In this document: positions 24,076 to 39,159 of the stretch, in pieces
Layout of the letters: each line of letters starts with the position of its first letter
Position numbering within the stretch: the first letter of the stretch is position 1
Assembly (NCBI GenBank): GCA_965113315.1
Contig: OZ220365.1
DNA length: 64,000 nucleotides
From: Podarcis vaucheri
Taxonomy: Eukaryota
Direction: 5' to 3' (one strand)
Made by a program: the position numbers and the translations under genes
The notes under the pieces: model-generated
What the model saw: the letters and a program-made list of their open reading frames with translations, nothing else
What the model was told of the DNA's origin: nothing
Database searches by the model: none

Positions 24076-26276
24076 ACCATTTTGGTAAAATACCATCCTT
24101 TCCAATCTGTCTATAAGAGGATCAAGAATCACAAAACATTTCTGCAAAGGTGCCTTTAAAAATCCTAATTTAATGGAATGGTTTATAGCAGCCTAGAATA
24201 AACTATCAACATCATTCTGGTATTCTCTTAAGACAAGCATGCAGCTCTCCCATTTCCGTTAACTTGTTTCAGTAATCAGACACATACTATAGGTTAAAAA
24301 CAACAACCCACCAAAACTTAAAAACAGGTTTTTACCAGTTTTATGAAGCTCTCTGAAGAAAAGCTTTTTCTATAGTTAAATTATAACAAGAAAAAGAGAC
24401 CTTTGCTCCCAAATGCATCTACATAATTGTGAGGTACTCTATTCCCATGTACCTCAAGACCGTTAAATATGACTATTTGCTGGCATTCATCTTTGAAAAT
24501 AAAAAAGGAGTTGAAACCACTTTCCTCTTTTTTAGGACTGAGTGTGAAAGAAAACAATTTTGCATTACTTTGATGTATTCTTGGACAATGTATGCTTGTT
24601 TCATTAGGATAATAAGTGAAAAGGCGTAGCTTCATCGTGCCTGGAAGGGAAGCCATTGATAAATTTAGTGGCAACTGTGGAGGAAATGAAGACAGCCAAT
24701 TGCAAAAGAAAACAAAACCCTGAAGGAAGTGATTATATATATTTACAATTACTTTACAATCTGATTTCAAATTATTCAGAATTGCACTATCCTTAGATTA
24801 AGGGGTTGGTAGAGTGGAGGAACAACTAGAGATGTTTAAAGTTATTGCTATAGACCAGCCCAGAGCAGGATTTATTCCTAATGATCACAGAGAACAGATG
24901 GCTAATGGGTTTCAATCCATGCCCAAAAGCAGTGGGGTATTTTCTATGCTTAGTCCCAATACCATGGCTGGATGCCCAACACAATATGTGGTGCTGAAAA
25001 AGAGATCTGCAGGTGAGGACAAGGTCGAGTTACACAGAATGACACAGAAGGCTGTAAGGGGAAGATAGACAAGTCAGAGCAGTCAGCATCAGACTGAATT
25101 CAGGAAACTGGGGTGTGGAAGTCACAGAAAAGAACCAAGTGGAGCATAAGAAGCTGTGGCAGCACAATGAAAAGCTACGTCAGTTACAAGATAAAGCAGC
25201 AGGAGCAGCAGTAACAACAAAATATGTAAGTGAAACAGCTGTGCCAGCAGGCATTATACAAAGGGAGAAGGAGGGATGCACAAAGCTTAGGAATGCATGC
25301 AGGTGCTAAAATAAATTCTGCCTTATCCTTCTCATATCAGGAGGAAAGATACCATACTTGGGAGTGAATGTGCAGCTGCCATTGTTTGGTTCACTAGATA
25401 TACTTTTGCTCACCTTACAGTTTGCTTAGGAAATAAATCATTCTAGGACCCCAAAGTAGGAGTCATTTAATTGTCTGACAGCTATTAACATGCATTTTGG
25501 TTGTGTAAATCACAGCCAAGAAAAAGCCTAAACTGTGCCTTGGGGCTGTGCATCCTGAGAAGGGGCAGCTAAACTTTTTCTCTCCCTGAAACAATTATGT
25601 CAAAAACCTCCTTGTTGGTCTTTGCAGTTAGTTCCTATTGGCATTGGTTTGACCCTAACATAACCTGTTCATTTCTATTTGCATTAATTCATATATACAG
25701 CATACAATTGCTCTCCTGAATAAATTTGTTGGTCAGTGGCACAATCTTAGGATAGATACTTGTGCAAGGAATGCTCTGTTCCAGCAGCGAAACCTTGAGT
25801 GGCTGTAGCGAACCTCAACCAGAAACCTAAACTAAACCTGTTTTAAACAAAATCTGCATTCTTAGGTTTCAGTTCATGCTCCCTGTAGGTTCACTTTCAG
25901 TTTTAAATGCAGCTTATGAACTTATTTCTCCTCTTAATGCCAGACCTGGGGTCACTAAATGAAGCTGAAAGCAATAGACAAAGGAAGTAATTATTCACAC
26001 AGCACATAGAATTTTCTACTAGAAGATATTGTGATGGCCACCAACATTGGTGCTTAAAAAAAGGAAATTGGGCAAGTTCATGGATCATGATTTCTGCATT
26101 AACTTCCACATCAGAAGCAGCTTGCCTCTGAACACCAGTTGCTGGGAAAGGCTAGAGCCATTGCACTTGTGTCCTGCTTGTGGTCTTCCCATAGGCATCC
26201 GGTCACAGTGGAAAGAATGCTGCTCTGATCTAGCATTTATTCTCTTATTTGTGAATGCATTACTGAAGGTATAGAT

Positions 26277-26412
26277 CAGTTATAGGCAAACTCAGCCCTC
26301 CAGATGTTTTTGGACTACAATTCCCATCATCCCTGACCACTGGTCCTGTTAGCTAGGGATGATGGGAGTTGTAGTCCCAAAACATCTGGAGGCCCGAGTT
26401 TGCCTATGCCTG
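26277..26412. mobile_element. Palindromic hAT MITE (same family as 4681-4807)
   Basis: cagttataggcaaactc ... gagtttgcctatgcctg; TSD gtatagat / gtatacat. Confidence 0.92.
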
Positions 26413-26629
26413 GTATACATAGTCTGCTGGCATAGATAAGTATGTTGCTTAGGAATGATAAATAACACCTTCTATATATCAGGATAATACACCACTATGC
26501 TGGAAATAAGATAAAGTCCATGCTCATTTTTAAATAAGCTCAAAGCGTTTCTAATTTTGCACTTGTGATCATCTAGTAATCATATTCAGTTAATGTACAG
26601 AAAAATGTATACCTATATTCCAACTAATA

Positions 26630-27290
26630 TTATTTTATTATTTTATTTATTTATTTAAATTTGCATACTGCCCAAGAGCCTAGGGTGGTTCACAACAGAG
26701 AAATACAAAAAGAGAATACAAAATACTCAATGAAACAACTTCCCACCCCCAATAATCCTCATCCCACAAACACATTTTTAAAAGCCATAGAATGTTAGTC
26801 ACCTGAACACCTGGGAGAAGAAAAACGTTTTCACCTGTGCCTAAAGATATGTAATGAAGGCACCAGGTGAGCCTCCCTGGGAAGAGCATTCCACAAATGG
26901 GGAGCTACCACAGAAAAGGCCCATTCTGATGTTGCCACCCTCTGGACCTTTCGTAGAGGAGGCATACAAAGAAAGGCCTGTGATGATGATCACAGGGTCT
27001 GGGTTGGATCATATGGGCAGAGGTGGTTCTTAAGGTATTGTGGTCTTGAACCATTTAAGGTTCAAACCAGCACTTTGAATTGGGCCCAGAAACTAACTGA
27101 CAGCCAGTACTGTCAGGCCAGATCAGTGTAATATGCGCAAACCGTCTTGCCCTGTGAGCAACCTGGCCACCAAATTTTGAACCAAATGACGTTTCTGAAC
27201 AATCTTCAGAGGTAGCCCTACATACAGTGTGTTGCACTAATCCAACTTAGAAGCTGTCCCTGGCCAGATAAGGACACAGCTGGGCTATCA
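26630..27290 (-). mobile_element. L2 LINE 3' fragment (frameshifted ORF2 C-terminus)
   Basis: Across frames the minus strand gives an L2-like tail (LYVGLPLK..LVQN..HIT..AQFKVLV); (AATA)n-type tail at 26630-26660. Confidence 0.8.
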
Positions 27291-29884
27291 ATTTCTCTTC
27301 TCTTACACTTATTTTGTTTGGACTCTCCCCATAGCTTTAGATTAATAATTAATAAGAAATTGCATTTCTTTAATCTAGTTGTATTAATCTGTGATGATCC
27401 ATTATTAAAAAAAATTACAACCACGACTAATCAATGAAATTAGATAAACTTGTTACAGACTTTAGGACATAAAAAGACAATATAAACGGTTACCTGTTGT
27501 GCAGCATGCACAGAAATTTATTAGATAAGGGCAGCTAACTGGCTTTCTTCAAATCATTTTCATCTGGTTCCTATAATGCCTCTAACAAATTTTAATCAAG
27601 GTATGGTTAAAAAAAACCCTTTGCCCACAATTTAATTTGTAAGGCAAAGAAAACTGTTGTCAAAAGTTTTGACAGGCAGAGATATCAGACACTTTAAAGT
27701 ATTTCATTTCTCTTTTCGTTTTGTATTTAATTTTCTAGTCATACCTGTCTCAGTCATATGCTGAATAGATATGAAAAGTGGTGCTGACTTTATTATAGAT
27801 GTTGACATTCCATGAAAGTATTGGGTTGTGCAGCAAAATATACTTCTGTCTGAGGAATAGAAAAGCCACCTGTAATATAGGTTGACTGTCCCAAGTTTAG
27901 GGTTGGTTGTATTTATTATTATCATTGTTTTGCTTTCATCCACCCTTTACCCTACAGTTCCAAGGTTACAACAACATAAATAGTAGAAATTAAAACTAAG
28001 TAAATCCAAACCGTGTTGCAGAGTAGATGTCTTAGCCAGAGTAACATGAATGGAGTTGTAATGTCTGCCTGTTTCATCAAATAATGGAAGTGTCTTTTCA
28101 TTCTCATTCGTGATTTTTTCCATTGGATTTTATCTTGTACAGTGTCAGTTATACTCGTGTATGTTTCAGGAAACATCTGTAGGCAAATGATGTACACTGC
28201 CATTGATGTATGGCTCTTCTTTTTAATTTTTTTGTGCTTTTGCACTACAAAAATGTACAGGATTTAAAGCACACACTACATGTTCCAGCCCTCCCCACAG
28301 CTGCCACAGAAGCTTTCAGGAGACTGTCAAGTACCACTGTTTCAGCACTTGCAATTTTATTTTGAAATGAGAGTCAAATGTGCCTAAATTGGTATGTTAT
28401 AGCCCTGGTTGTAGGGTTTGTTCATGGCATGAAACCGGAATTGGCAGCCTGTCTGATCTGTGCTCCCTATAAAATATGTGTAACATATTTTGCCAAACTG
28501 GTGGTGCTAGTTCTGGTGTTTGGGCCAAATTTCATTTAAATAATTACGGTATGCTTTGCTACTATTCTCTTTGCAATTTCAGTTGAAAATACATTCCTTT
28601 CCCCATATCTTGCTAACAATTGCTTTACCAGTGCCAGCAGAGTATGGGTTTTTCAGTGAAGCTCAGAGAAAATTATACTTCCTGTGGGTCCAAAATATGT
28701 TACCTTCATTTTTCTGAGATGTGTTACATTTTGTGAGTTTCATGTCCATAAAATGCTTTGATGAAACTGCACTGAAACTGTGCATAATGAGTTTGTTTCA
28801 GCAAGTCTGCTGTTTTGGAATAGAGTTACCTCTTTAAGAGAAGGCTGTGCTTGCATATGGTTTAAGGCAGCCTAATCCACAAACCAGTTACAAAGGATTA
28901 CTTGGATTTAAGAGATTTAGTCACATTGAAGTCAATCCCCAATCTTAAACATGCTTGCTTGCAAGTAAATCCTATTGATTTTAATGGAACTTTTATAAAA
29001 TTGTGTTTGGGGTTGAAGCCTAGATCAACTTATATCCAAGTGCTGTGGCTTACCTCATTTATGAGCAAAGTCACAATTTACACCATTTTGCTTGTTTTTT
29101 TTTACAATAAAACAATGAAGTCTGGCTGGCAGATTTCAATAAGCCTGGCAGAATTCTCAGGGCAATATTCTAAATTTGCAGTATGAATGGCTGTTGGTGT
29201 CCATTCAGATAAGTATGTAACAACAGGCTGTAGTGCTACCCTTTGTTTATAATTGATGACAAAGTAGGAAAGATAACACTTTAAACTGAATTGGACAAAA
29301 GTTCAAACCAGGACATGGTGTGAAATCACATGAATAAGCAAGCTTGCTGAAAGTCTATGCCGGTCAGAGACTATTTGGGTTGTGCCAACTTTTATGTCCA
29401 TGGATGAAAGGTACATTATAAATACAATAAATACATAAAGTATAAGCAAGCAAGCAAGCAAGCAAGCAAACAGTGTCTAGGCATTCACTGGGGCAGGCTG
29501 CATTTGTATAGCAACAAAATAATGTATTGACACTATTATATGCATACACTATTATATGCATAGTTTTTAATGAAAAATTTAGCTATGCTGTGGGGGGAAA
29601 TGATGCAATCCTTTTTTTACTTACTTGAGAGAAATTAGCTGCACAGAATTAGTTAAATGTATACTACTGGGCAGGATAGTGGCTGCATTCACAGGGCAGG
29701 TTATTCCAATGCCCCAAGGTTTTCCAAGTGTTAAATTCTGCATTATATTTGAGCTTTCATGTGATGTAAAAGCTACTTCTGGCAAACTAATAGAATGAAT
29801 GTTTAGCCCTCATTTCCTGCACTTATAGTCTGAAGTCATGCATGCCAGACACAACCTTAGCAATAAATAGGCCAGCGTTATTTT

Positions 29885-30065
29885 TATTTATTTATACCTT
29901 GATTTTCCTCCAAGGATCTCATAGTAGCATATTTGGATCAATTCCTCTTTTATCTTCACAACAATGCTATGAGGTAAGTTAGACTGAAATATAATGACTG
30001 ACGAAAAACCACCCAGTGAGCTTTGTGGCTCTGAATGAGAGTTTGAAACTGGATCTTTCCCATTC
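29885..30065 (-). mobile_element. Degenerate MIR/CORE-like SINE
   Basis: tttatcttcacaacaatgctatgaggtaagttagactga..cacccagtgagctttgtggctctgaatgagagtttgaaactgg. Confidence 0.65.
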
Positions 30066-32811
30066 TTGATCAAATACAAAAAGAATGTGAGTAAGGTACA
30101 TGTTTGTTGCTGACAGTGGGGCATATATGCTTAGATGAAGCATAATTGTATGGTTGCAGAATTCTATGCAAGTAGCCGTTCTATGTGAGTAGCCATAAAT
30201 TCCAGTCATGCTCATTGTAAATTCTCATCAGACTGGCTTGTTGTGTTCCACAAGCTTCCAGACCTCCAAAAGAGGACAGATTATTGTAACAAGCACTGCC
30301 TTGAGTCAAAGCCCTTAACTAAATCCAAGAGACCAATACAAATTGATCACAGTGGAGAAACTGAATTCAGGTATTCAAAGTTATGTCCAAAGGTTTGCAG
30401 CCACTCAGGGCATGGAGGGGCCTGGCAAGTGGATTCAGTGTACAGGCACATGCTGCACCAACACTGCAGAGAGTGAAGGGCTGGTGTGGGTGCTATTTAA
30501 CTCACCCCCATTCTTCTCAGGGCATCTTCATCTGGCAGGCTACCCACCTTCCACTCTACTGGCAGTGAAGCTAGTGTCTGGTCACCTTTGCGGGGACTGG
30601 TAGGGATCAGCTTTGCTGTCAGATTTATTTCCCTACTCTGTACTGATGTGGTGGGGGTATTAGCAGGGGTGGGGTAGTCATTAAAAAGACTAATAGGCAC
30701 ATTGGCAGGTTGGTTATGAGGAAGTTAAGGTTTGGTGAACACCCTTGGACAGGGGAGGGGTGTAGTCCTGATACTGCCTTCAGGGCTGTGGGAAGTGATG
30801 ACAAGGGTAGGAAGCAACTATGGGACCCACCTGTAACACTTGCATGAAGACTGGGGTCCACTCTCCCTACTCATGTGAAAGGGAGTAGAGGATGGGATAC
30901 CCCAGGCCCGGGCCCTGGGTAGGGTTGGCTTGCCCACAGTTTGGTTATTAGTTAGGTCTTGCACCTTCTTCCTGCTTTGCAAATCATTTTTGGGCTTAAA
31001 TATGGGTTTAATTGGGTTTTAATATGGCCCAGTTCTTTTGCAACTTGCTTCTTCATTTCCTTGTGTGGTTGCAAACATACTTCAGTTTGCCACTGTGGTA
31101 TGAAGTTGTGTAAATAGAAGTTAAAGTAGCTACATGACATTTAGTGTTCAGCAGCCGTGCCAGAATATTGTGTATTAAGCTGAACTTAAATCTGAAAGAA
31201 AAATTAATACTTTCTACCAATACATTATGGAAGCAGTTAATACGAACTAAGCATAACTGTGGCTTCCCTCATTATTATGTACCCCTTTGAATTCTACATG
31301 ATAAATTAACCTATAGAATACCTCTAGATAATTAAGCAAATAGGAAATTGTTTGTTCCTATAAAACAAAGTTTCACATGCATGCATTCACATTAAAGCAG
31401 CAAAATAAACATCCTTTTAATGGTTTCAAGTGCAAATTTGAATATTAAAAATAAGCTCCGACCCAGCATGCGGTCTTGCTGCAAGGAAAGGAGAGAGCTG
31501 GGCTTGCTCTAGATAAGCTGCCTCTGCAGAACTTTCCTTTTCTGTACCTTTCTTTTCTGCACCTATTTCTGTCAACCTGTTAGTGTTGCGGCCTATGCTG
31601 TAACCATTTGGAGACTATCTGTGCATCACTAATAAGAGAACGAAAGAGTACACAGATTCACATGAAATTTTGATATGATCCTATAATTGAAAGAAGCACA
31701 TGGTACATATCACTACGGTAGAGAAGACTGTGACAAGGCGGTTTTTGTGCCTGCTTAGTCTGATAAACATTCATGGCCAACTCCAGGGCCTCTGCTTTCT
31801 TATGGTTCTTTAACTTCATAGTGGACTTGGACCAGACATCCCATTGTATACAGGATATGTCATACAAAGGTCATTTCTCTGTAAAATGGGAAACATGGTC
31901 ACAAAATTTAAATCAGCTTACTATTGTGGGCTACTTAATATTGCCTCCTCTTCCTTTTTCTTATTGCTGCTTGTTATACGTGCCACAAAATGATTCAGGC
32001 AGTATAAAGAGTCCACCCAGGACAGAAGAAGAGTATATGAGCTGTGGGAGGAGTTATGGGAAGAGGGGCAAGTCAATAAGGAAATCATTCAGAAACCTGT
32101 GTCTCTGGTGGTTCCTTCTTCATTTCTAGGCTGTTTCCTAACCCATTCCCTGGGGGTGGGCAGGAGGTGACTCAGACATAAACCAATACAGAGGAAATGC
32201 AATGTAAATGAATTACCTAGAATAATGTTGTGAACCTTAATTCTTGAAAAATATATTACTGTAATCCAGTAAGGTTATATTTTTGCTTCATTATCATTTT
32301 TTTTAAAAAAGAGGGTTGAACCAGAGGTATGCTCTAATGATAAAATTCAACGTGATTTGAGTCATGTTGAGTCATACTCTTCTTTCAGGGGGGATTTATT
32401 TATGTACTATGAAGACGGATTCTAAACTTTTTATGGCCTTTAAGCCATCCCACTTAGATGGACAGGTTTGGATCATTGGGCCTGGATGTGAGTGCACATG
32501 TCTAATACAAAAATAGACATGCAATCCAGTGTTGATTCTGTTGCCCCTTCTTCATGCAGTTGAAGGTATGCATTTTCATTAATTTCACATTGCAAATTAG
32601 GATGCATATACTAATATATTATTTGAGGCTACTACACTGATTTCCCCCCTTGGTTTATTACTTGTTTGTGATGTCCTGCTATATTAAACTATCACAGGAT
32701 CAGAGTTCCCATTTTTCTTTCTTTCTAACTACTGTTAAAAAGCAGTGAAAAAGAAGAAAAACTCAGGCAGAGAGCTTTGTTTAAGGAAAGAGTGATATTA
32801 AGGATGACTAC

Positions 32812-32869
32812 CAATCAGTTTTATGATATCCAGTGCAGAACAATCAATTTTATGATATCCAGTGCAGAA
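32812..32869. repeat. 29-bp tandem duplication
   Basis: caatca(g/a)ttttatgatatccagtgcagaa x2. Confidence 0.95.
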
Positions 32870-35800
32870 CGGGTGCACTCTGGAAAATCAGTTTTCAGTT
32901 TCCAGACCTTAGGTACTCCTTCCCTCAGCAATGCCCTCTTTAAATTGACCACTTGAAATATTCATCATAATTTTATTTGACCTTCAGTTAAAAGCCATAT
33001 TTTCTATGCAACCATTTTTGCTGGATTCCTGGGTGGTCACATCATAAATTGTATATTCATTTAGTGAAAATATAATCTGTGTTTGAACTTGAGCCAAAAT
33101 TCTAGAGTTTTCCTAAGCATAGCTGTGTATTGTCATGAAAATGATTAACGAAGTAATGTAAGACTTGTATCTCAGTCTAGTGAAAGCAAAAATAATGAGG
33201 AACAATGCTGGTAACAAACTAATTTCAAGACAGAAAAAGGAAAGAGAGCAAATGGTTTTGCCTTACTCAACGCCACAATAAACCATGGGAAAGAAAGAGA
33301 GGGAAAGTATGTGAGCCCAAAGGTCATTACAATCAGGATAAACTATAATTTATTGTGGCATACGAATGTAGCCACTGTATATAGTAGCAAATGCAGGTTT
33401 CTCATTGTGTTTATTGTGTCTTAATGAAAGCTGACTATGGCATGCTTATCACACAAATTCATGAGATCAGGTGCTATAAATTCATGTGTGAAAATTATAC
33501 TTCTTTTTCGAAGTAAATCTCTGTGATGTGCAAAATATACTTCTTTTCTAGAAGTCAAGTTCTATGGTGAACTTAAATGGTATTTGAGGATGCATGTTTA
33601 CAAAGGGAAAGGGCGGAAATGAAAGAGTGCTCTCTGCCTTCCTCTTCTATCCACTTAACATAAATAGGTTTCCTTTTCTGATCAATGGCTGCTATTTAAA
33701 AATGCTTTGGAAACTTCTGGCATTTTGGTAATGGGAAATTAAAATGTAATTATTGTCTCAATGGAACCATCTAGAAGTTGAACTTGGGAAGGAGAAAGTA
33801 CGGTATATGTGACTGGAAACCCAATCATTTAGATCTGTGCAGGTGTATCTGTCTGTAAGGCTGGTGGTGCAGTTGTATTGCAATATCAACCCAAATGACC
33901 TATTGTGTTTTGCTGGTTTCTGAAGTCTTAGGATCCATCTCTTCTGACGTGATAGATGAAGAAAGTGAAATAAAGTTTAGAACAGCCAGTCATTCTCAAC
34001 CCTCTGAAACTGAGAAAACAAACCTTCCTTTCCACTCTGCTACATTACTCCGACAATTACCACTTAACTCTTCAGTAACAAACATAATCCATTGATACCA
34101 TTGCTAAATGTCCATTAATCTTGCAATCTCCCTCCATAAGAAAAAAATACAGGGGTATGTGCTGGGTTGAGGGAGTGGGGAATTTCACCCTTTGCCTACT
34201 GTTGTAATCCTGATCTGGATTCCCCTTTTCTGCTTTTCTTCCTCAAGCAAATAGCAGGTGTCAATACAGATTAGGATCCTCTTATCTTAAGATGTGGTCC
34301 TAGTCCATATCTGCCCATCTTTGCTGATTATTTGTGGAAGAAATACCTTGCACTCAGGGGCAAATCACATGAGTAATGTCTTGTGTAATTTGACCATTAG
34401 AATTGGTGGAAGCAAAATATTACCTTTAGATTTCAGGCAGTTTCTATCAGTTTCTGCCCAGTGTTACTACAGCAATAAGCTACCTATTTATCTTGCTGTC
34501 TATAAAGTGTGAGGGAGTTTTATTTATATATATAAAAAGATATATCTAATATGGGCTTTTGACTGTACCATAAGGGCCACTAAACAAGCAGGCACATTTC
34601 AATATGTATCACTGTGCTCATTCAGGAGAAGTAATAGCCTGTTAAACCAAAGCATGTTAACAGGTAAGTTTTATGGTTCTTGACAAATATGTATATGAAC
34701 ACTTGTAACCACATTTGGTTGCTGTTACTGTACTTGGATCATATCTCTGATGCTCTGAAAGGTCTAATTTTCTCTGCCACTTCAACATTTTTAAAATAAA
34801 ATGGTATTGAAGAATCTACATGCTTTTGAACAAAAGCCTTCCAGTATTTTAATTATAGTTTAAAAAGCCAAAGATATGATAATTAGTTTAGATTCATCCC
34901 ATGCTAATGTTGGTATCTCTCTCTCAAGCACAAAAATCTCATTCTAATGTATGCTAAATTTAAATCTAGCCTAAAATTGCTAATTGTGATAATAATTGAG
35001 TATATGAGTTTTAAAATCTAAATGAAATTTGGTTAGTGAATATGTATGTGTGTGTTTTTCTGATTTAGAGGAATAAGCTCCTCTTACATGTTTATTGAGG
35101 ATTCCACAAATTGCGACTTAGCTAAATCATCAGCCATCATTTGCAGTTTATATTGCCCCACAAGTTCTGTGGTATGGGCCAAAATGGCAAAAAAAAAATG
35201 CTAAAAGACTTTTTGGCCTGGAGAAAATTTGATGAAAGAAGGATTTGATACATTTATTAAATTATATACGGTGTGCAAAACAGCTCCTCCGATAAAGCTG
35301 TTAGGGTCACCCAATGAAATTGACTGGCAATATATTCACTTCCTTACACAATGCATAAGTAATTTATGGAGCTCTGACAGAAGATGTGTTGATAGCCACT
35401 GGTTTAGGTGTCTTCATAGGGTGATAGACCTATCAGTGACTGTTAGCTACAATAGCTTAGTATAACCATATGTTTAGAGGTAGGACATACATACAGTATT
35501 TGAAACATGGTTGCTGTGGATGAGCAATGGGGAAAGGCTACTTTCCTCAATTGCTTTTGGTCTGTGTTACCAGCTCCTAACAAAGCTTCCCAACCATTAG
35601 CACAACAAAAAGTAGGTCCTTCCAACACCACTACCTCTGCCTTCTAAAATTCCGAACAGTGTGGCCTGGGAATAAGAGACCCAGGGATTACTTGCACAAA
35701 GGCAGGTAGAAATAACAGTTTTGCTGTTTTTAGCTTACATCAAAACAGATTTTACTTTTTTAGCACTTAATTTATCATTTAAGTATGTGTTTCTGTGAGA

Positions 35801-35924
35801 GAGGGGGTAGAGAGAAAGATGGGGATGGGGAAGAATCAATTCCATTCTCTATTGCAGCTAATGGCATCTACCCTCTAACAGATGGCCACTGCGCTACACT
35901 TTTGCTGGGAGCCTTCATCCATCT

Positions 35925-36059
35925 CTGGGGTGCACAATCTGTGGCCTTCCAGATGTTTTTGGACTGCAACTCCCATCAGCCCCAGCTGGAATAGCCAGTG
36001 ATCAGGGATGATGGGAGGTGTCATCCAACCTCTGGAGGGCCACAGGCTGTGCACCCCTG
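35925..36059. mobile_element. hAT MITE (caactcccatc core family)
   Basis: ctggggtgcacaatctgtggcc ... ggccacaggctgtgcacccctg. Confidence 0.8.
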
Positions 36060-36190
36060 ATTTATCTGCAGCTAACTGCATCTTCTGTTGGTGCAAATTT
36101 GTAGTACCATAGTTGAAACAGCCACTTGCCTAAGCCAGTGATATTATGAGTCAGTTTATACTTCTTTTCAGCACACAGCCAATCCAGTAG

Positions 36191-36192
<2 letters not shown>

Positions 36193-36223
<31 letters not shown>
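36193..36223. repeat. (AC)n microsatellite
   Basis: Perfect AC run. Confidence 0.97.
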
Positions 36224-36226
<3 letters not shown>

Positions 36227-38595
36227 TTATGATTTCAATGGAAGAAAAGTAAAGACAAATGCAAGAAGCCATACTATTTGCAATTCACCCTTCGCTTCTA
36301 GCCTTGTTTATTTTGAATTATAATAAATTATGTAATTGTTGATAGGAAAAGTCACACACATGCATGCCCACTTCCATTTATCCTAATGGTACTGCAAAGT
36401 TGTATTGCAGCCTCAATGAAAATGTGGGTGTGCTTTCAAAGCCTTGGCAGCCTGTAGTGACCTTCAGGAAAAATGAAATGGTCTGCTGGCTAGGGAAACA
36501 ATTGAGCTGAAACCACTGAGGCGCAGTCAACTCAGAGATAGACTTCCCAAATTAAAAGCTGTTAGCAACAGCTCCAAACAAGATTGGAAAGTGAGAGCAG
36601 AACATATTTCTTGAAGGTGATTTATGCAATGAATAAGGCATGATCAAGAGCACAAACCTCTCAGAAAGAGGAATACCTATTAAACTGAGCAACCTGGACT
36701 TTAAACTGAACATCACTGTCATCAAAAGTCTGGGCACAAAGTGGTGTCAGAATCACAATTTGTTTAAACAAATAGATAAATGCAAACTGATGACCTTTTA
36801 ACACACAGGGACATAAAATACATCCGTAGCTTCCAGTAATTAATTTGCAACAAGCACATCCTGATTTCCCCCCTCAAGTATCTTTTGACAGAATGTTCAC
36901 ACAAGAGCATTAGATATTTGTAATGACTTTTCCTGATTATAATGTATCAGGCAGGCAACAATGGAGTTTTCACTGCATTCCATATTAATGTCAATTAGCT
37001 TGGTGTAACTGGGAAGAAAAGGTCAAGGCTTAAATTAGCCCACAAATTCCCCATAAATTAATAAATGTTTTAATATGGATAAGCACATAAAGACCCAAAT
37101 AAGCTTAAGCCCCAAAGAAACCCTAATTATTTCAGTTCTCTGCAACAGAGAACAATCCATCTAAAATGTTGGCATATGTTTTAGGAACTTTCTAACCCAA
37201 TCTTTGTTGTTTTTCTGCCCAAAATGTAAAATATTAAAGTGTTTGAAAGATGTCTGAGGAAGTGATTATGTATGTATTGGTTCAGAATGTGGCTCTATCC
37301 CAAATTTTGAGCTGGATGAATTTGTCTTCTGAACCAGGTAATATCATTCCTGTATGATATTCATGTTAGTGTTTCCCTAAAATTCAGCAAAGTGAAGGCA
37401 AGATATTTAAAATAGAAATATTTGTACTTATATTTAAAACACCAGCAATCAATCAGGAAATACAGGAGAGAAGATTCAAATAAGAATAAAACAACAACAA
37501 AACTAGATATATTTTTTAGTATAGTGCTTGTAAATTTGTTTTCTTTCTTTTCCATTCAGCATATCACATACCAAAATCCCAAGTGAAATTTCCTTTCTCC
37601 ACATATATGTATTTTCATGTTCTTTCTCTCACACAGCAGTCTTCCTAACCTGCACCAGGCCCTTTACTCGTCCCTGCAGAAATTTCACTGTTGAATTCTG
37701 TTTTAATTCTGTTGAAAAACAAATCATTTTGTAGTATTAATTCTGAAAATTTGTATTACTGACACAAGGCAGCTTGATTTCGCATCCTGGAAATGAATCA
37801 CATGAAGCATTCACTTAATTCTCTAAGGACATTTTAAGACAATATAACACACCTTTGAAAAGCTTGCTTTAGTCATTTATTTGTTGATGTAAATGTTGCA
37901 TTTTATAGCAGCCTTTCTTAATTTAAAATGAATTATAACAGCAGAGTGAAGAATTCCCTATAAAGCGGTGGTGTACTTCATTATTTAAGCAGTCCAACTT
38001 CTGTTTGATATTGCCCCATTTATCACTGAGGATATTTTATCTTTATTGTTCCTTAAAAAGAGCAGTCACCTGTACATTAATGCCAATTCCCAGCATTTTG
38101 TTACACGAGCATGACCAAGAAAGGGAACCTAGGATGGGTTGTGTAAGTAAAGAGGCGCACTATGTAGATAGAAACAGGCTTTATTTTCAAATGTTTGGGT
38201 CTCCAATAACACAAGGCAGGTCTAATCCCACCACAGTGATGTCGGAGTGCATCCCTTTACATTTGCAACCTTAAATGAATAGATGTTATTTATTCCAAGT
38301 GGGAAAATGCTGTTTTGATAAGAATGTCCCTCCATTTCTAACACAGAGCTCAGTGGTGGAACTTGACATCTCAAATTTCAGTGGCACCTTGGTGATGCCA
38401 AAATCTGGCATACCCCCCACTGCTCGCTTTCCACTAGACTTCATAGTTGCAGCACCTGGTATGGTACCCTAGAACCTCTGCTCCTGGGGCCACCAAACAA
38501 GTTGTGCTCCCTTAGAGCCACCTTTGCTGAGCTCTCCCTTAGGGTTTTCATAGGAAGAGCATACACTATAATTAAATGTTAGGACCATTTAATTA

Positions 38596-38949
38596 CAGTG
38601 GTGCCCCGCAAGACGAATGCCTCGCAAGACGAAAAACCCGCTAGACGAAAGGGTTTTCCATTTTTCAATGCGCTTCGCAAGACGAATTTCCCTATGGGCT
38701 TGCTTCGCAAGACGAAAACGTCTTGCGAGTCTTGCGATTTTTTCCGCTTCCCCCCTTTTTTCTAAGCCGCTAAGCCGCTAATAGCCTTTTAGCCGCTGAG
38801 CCGCTAAGCCTTTAATAGCCGCTAAACCGCTAATAGCGCTAATAGCGCTAATCCGCTAAACGGCTAATAGGGTTGCTTTGCAAGACGAAAAAACCGCTAG
38901 ACGAAGAGACTCGCGGAACGGATTATTTTCGTCTTGCGAGGCACCACTG
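38596..38949. mobile_element. Young Tc1/mariner (Tigger/pogo-like) MITE
   Basis: TA-cagtggtgccccgcaagacgaa ... ttcgtcttgcgaggcaccactg-TA; CpGs retained; internal gcaagacgaa and ccgctaa repeats. Confidence 0.92.
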
Positions 38950-39159
38950 TATAGAAGTGGAAGTCTTGGGGAATAGAGTTGCATACATCCATACCCAGTT
39001 CCTGGTAACTGTAGTCCTTCCCCCACATAGCTATTATTCTGAGCATCATGTCTTTTCAAGTGCACATGTGCCCTAAGTCCACACACCCTGCTCAGTCCAG
39101 GATTTATAATTCAAAATGCAACTACAGCATTCCTGAGATCAAGCCTCTGCTTAAATACC

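Noticed and set aside
24770-25310. Purine-rich stretch with two short ORFs
   Set aside because: No domain or splice support; possibly a decayed repeat, but I cannot assign it.
26110-26240. Possible old SINE with a CR1-like tail
   Set aside because: Too diverged to delimit or name by eye.
38760-38875. Repeat array as a CRISPR-like or telomeric structure
   Set aside because: No unique spacers, not TTAGGG, and internal to a MITE in a vertebrate genome.
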